Shown here piece after piece: positions 11,043 through 12,000 of a DNA stretch of 12,000 nt (the first letter of the stretch is position 1; every line of letters starts with the position of its first letter). The DNA is from Eledone cirrhosa (lineage: Eukaryota), in contig CAXHJY010001026.1 in assembly GCA_964016885.1 (NCBI GenBank), positions 1-12,000 of the forward strand, written 5' to 3'. The translations under genes and the position numbers were made by a program. The notes under the pieces were generated by a model. That model was not told where the DNA came from. It worked only from the letters and a program-made list of their open reading frames with translations, and made no database searches.

Positions 11043-11262
11043 ATGTCGGTGTTGCCTTGAAATAGTCTGGAAAAGACCCACTCGTATACATATACTCTCA
11101 AGCACACACCTTCATACACACAGATGCACACTCAGATACGTATACACACACACACACATATATATACACCTGCACGTTTAAATCTGACATCTTTGTATAT
11201 ATACTCTATATACTTTCATTTAAACACACACATTATATATAATCGTGAATATATATATATAT

Positions 11263-11356
11263 AATATAGAAATGGCTTCTACAGGAGCTATAGAAGCCTC
11301 CTGATGATTTCTCCCGAATGAAACAGTTCTAGTCCTGTAGAAGCCATTTCTGTATT
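11263..11356. repeat. Inverted repeat (arms about 11263-11290 and 11330-11356) enclosing a hammerhead-like core
   Basis: AATATAGAAATGGCTTCTACAGGAGCTA versus TAGTCCTGTAGAAGCCATTTCTGTATT (one mismatch, one bulge). The enclosed region contains CTGATGA (11301-11307), T-TTC-TCCC-GAA-T and GAAAC (11320-11324), with GTC at 11332-11334. Confidence 0.85.
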
Positions 11357-11358
11357 AA

Positions 11359-11388
11359 ATATATATATATATAAATGTATAACAGTTC

Positions 11389-11442
<54 letters not shown>

Positions 11443-11596
11443 CATTTATATATATATATAACTGTTTATATATATATAAATTGTTATATATATAAACTTA
11501 TATACATATATATATATATATATATTAAATTTATATATATATTATATAACAGTTTATATATATATATATAAGTTTATATATATATATAAGTTTATA
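11359..11596. repeat. (TA)n-based low-complexity tract with recurring AA(C)AGTTT-like interruptions
   Basis: AACAGTTC, AACTGTTT, AATTGTT, AACAGTTT and AAGTTT (twice), separated by TA runs. Confidence 0.85.
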
Positions 11597-11626
11597 TACA
11601 ATATTAAATAAATGGAAAACTATATT

Positions 11627-11725
11627 TATAAAACCATATCTATTTCATTATATATATTTCGGGGATATCATATTAACAATATGCTATGCCTTCATCAGAC
11701 AAAATACAATATAAACAGTTTTATA
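11627..11725 (-). ncRNA. Type I hammerhead ribozyme motif, copy B (left arm, minus strand)
   Basis: Reverse complement of 11843-11941; TCATCAG at 11692-11698 and TTTC at 11657-11660. Confidence 0.72.
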
Positions 11726-11842
11726 GATAAATATATTCGACATACCGTAATAAACATCAACTTCATTTGAAGAGGTTTACGCTAGCAGTAAACCTCTTCA
11801 AATGAAGTTGATGTTTATTACGGTATGTCGAATATATTTATC

Positions 11843-11941
11843 TATAAAACTGTTTATATTGTATTTTGTCTGATGAAGGCATAGCATATTGTTAATATGA
11901 TATCCCCGAAATATATATAATGAAATAAATATGGTTTTATA
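11843..11941 (+). ncRNA. Type I hammerhead ribozyme motif, copy C (right arm)
   Basis: CTGATGA at 11870-11876. Stem II AGGCATAGCATATT / GTT loop / AATATGATATCCCC (11877-11907), 11/14 pairs. GAAA at 11908-11911, palindromic stem III TATATA, UH = T11918-A11919. Stem I: TATTTTGT pairs with ATGAAATA (two G-U), ATATT with AATAT, and TATAAAACT with GGTTTTATA. Confidence 0.75.
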
Positions 11942-12000
11942 AATATAGTTTTCCATTTATTTAATATTGTAAATATACTCCAAATATTTGTCGAGTGCTT

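Larger units (their letters stand above)
11597..11971. mobile_element. 375-bp near-perfect palindrome of an HHR-bearing repeat (putative inverted PLE pseudo-LTR pair)
   Basis: Arms 11597-11780 and 11788-11971 (184 bp each). I found one mismatch (C11640 versus A11928). The 7-nt centre is GCTAGCA. The palindrome itself is certain; the PLE attribution is inferred from the hammerhead and the inverted layout. Confidence 0.7.

Noticed and set aside
8108-11131. Long poly-Val/Cys/Leu ORFs and a minus-strand N/T/Q-rich ORF
   Set aside because: All three frames are open only because GTT repeats lack stop codons, and the reading register switches repeatedly.
11767-11794. TTGAAGA plus hairpin at the palindrome centre as another hammerhead core
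   Set aside because: No GAAA follows the hairpin, and the pairing is simply forced by the palindrome.

Overview
AT-rich, microsatellite-dense, apparently non-coding eukaryotic (probably invertebrate animal) DNA. No credible protein-coding gene is present; every ORF in the track is a translation of simple repeats. Main components: (1) type I hammerhead-ribozyme motifs of one family, at 1-104 (+) and twice in opposite orientations (11627-11725 -, 11843-11941 +) inside a near-perfect 375-bp palindrome, an arrangement resembling Penelope-like element (PLE) pseudo-LTRs or retrozymes; (2) an unrelated, degenerate hammerhead-like core inside a small inverted repeat at 11263-11356; (3) about 8.6 head-to-tail, nearly identical copies of a 615-bp non-coding unit (1699-7026) lying inside a (TA)n tract; (4) a 2.9-kb degenerate (GTT/GTG)n array; (5) a composite (CT)n-(TA)n-46-bp minisatellite, a 100-bp fold-back palindrome and many microsatellites. 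All calls were made by eye; no database search or folding program was run.
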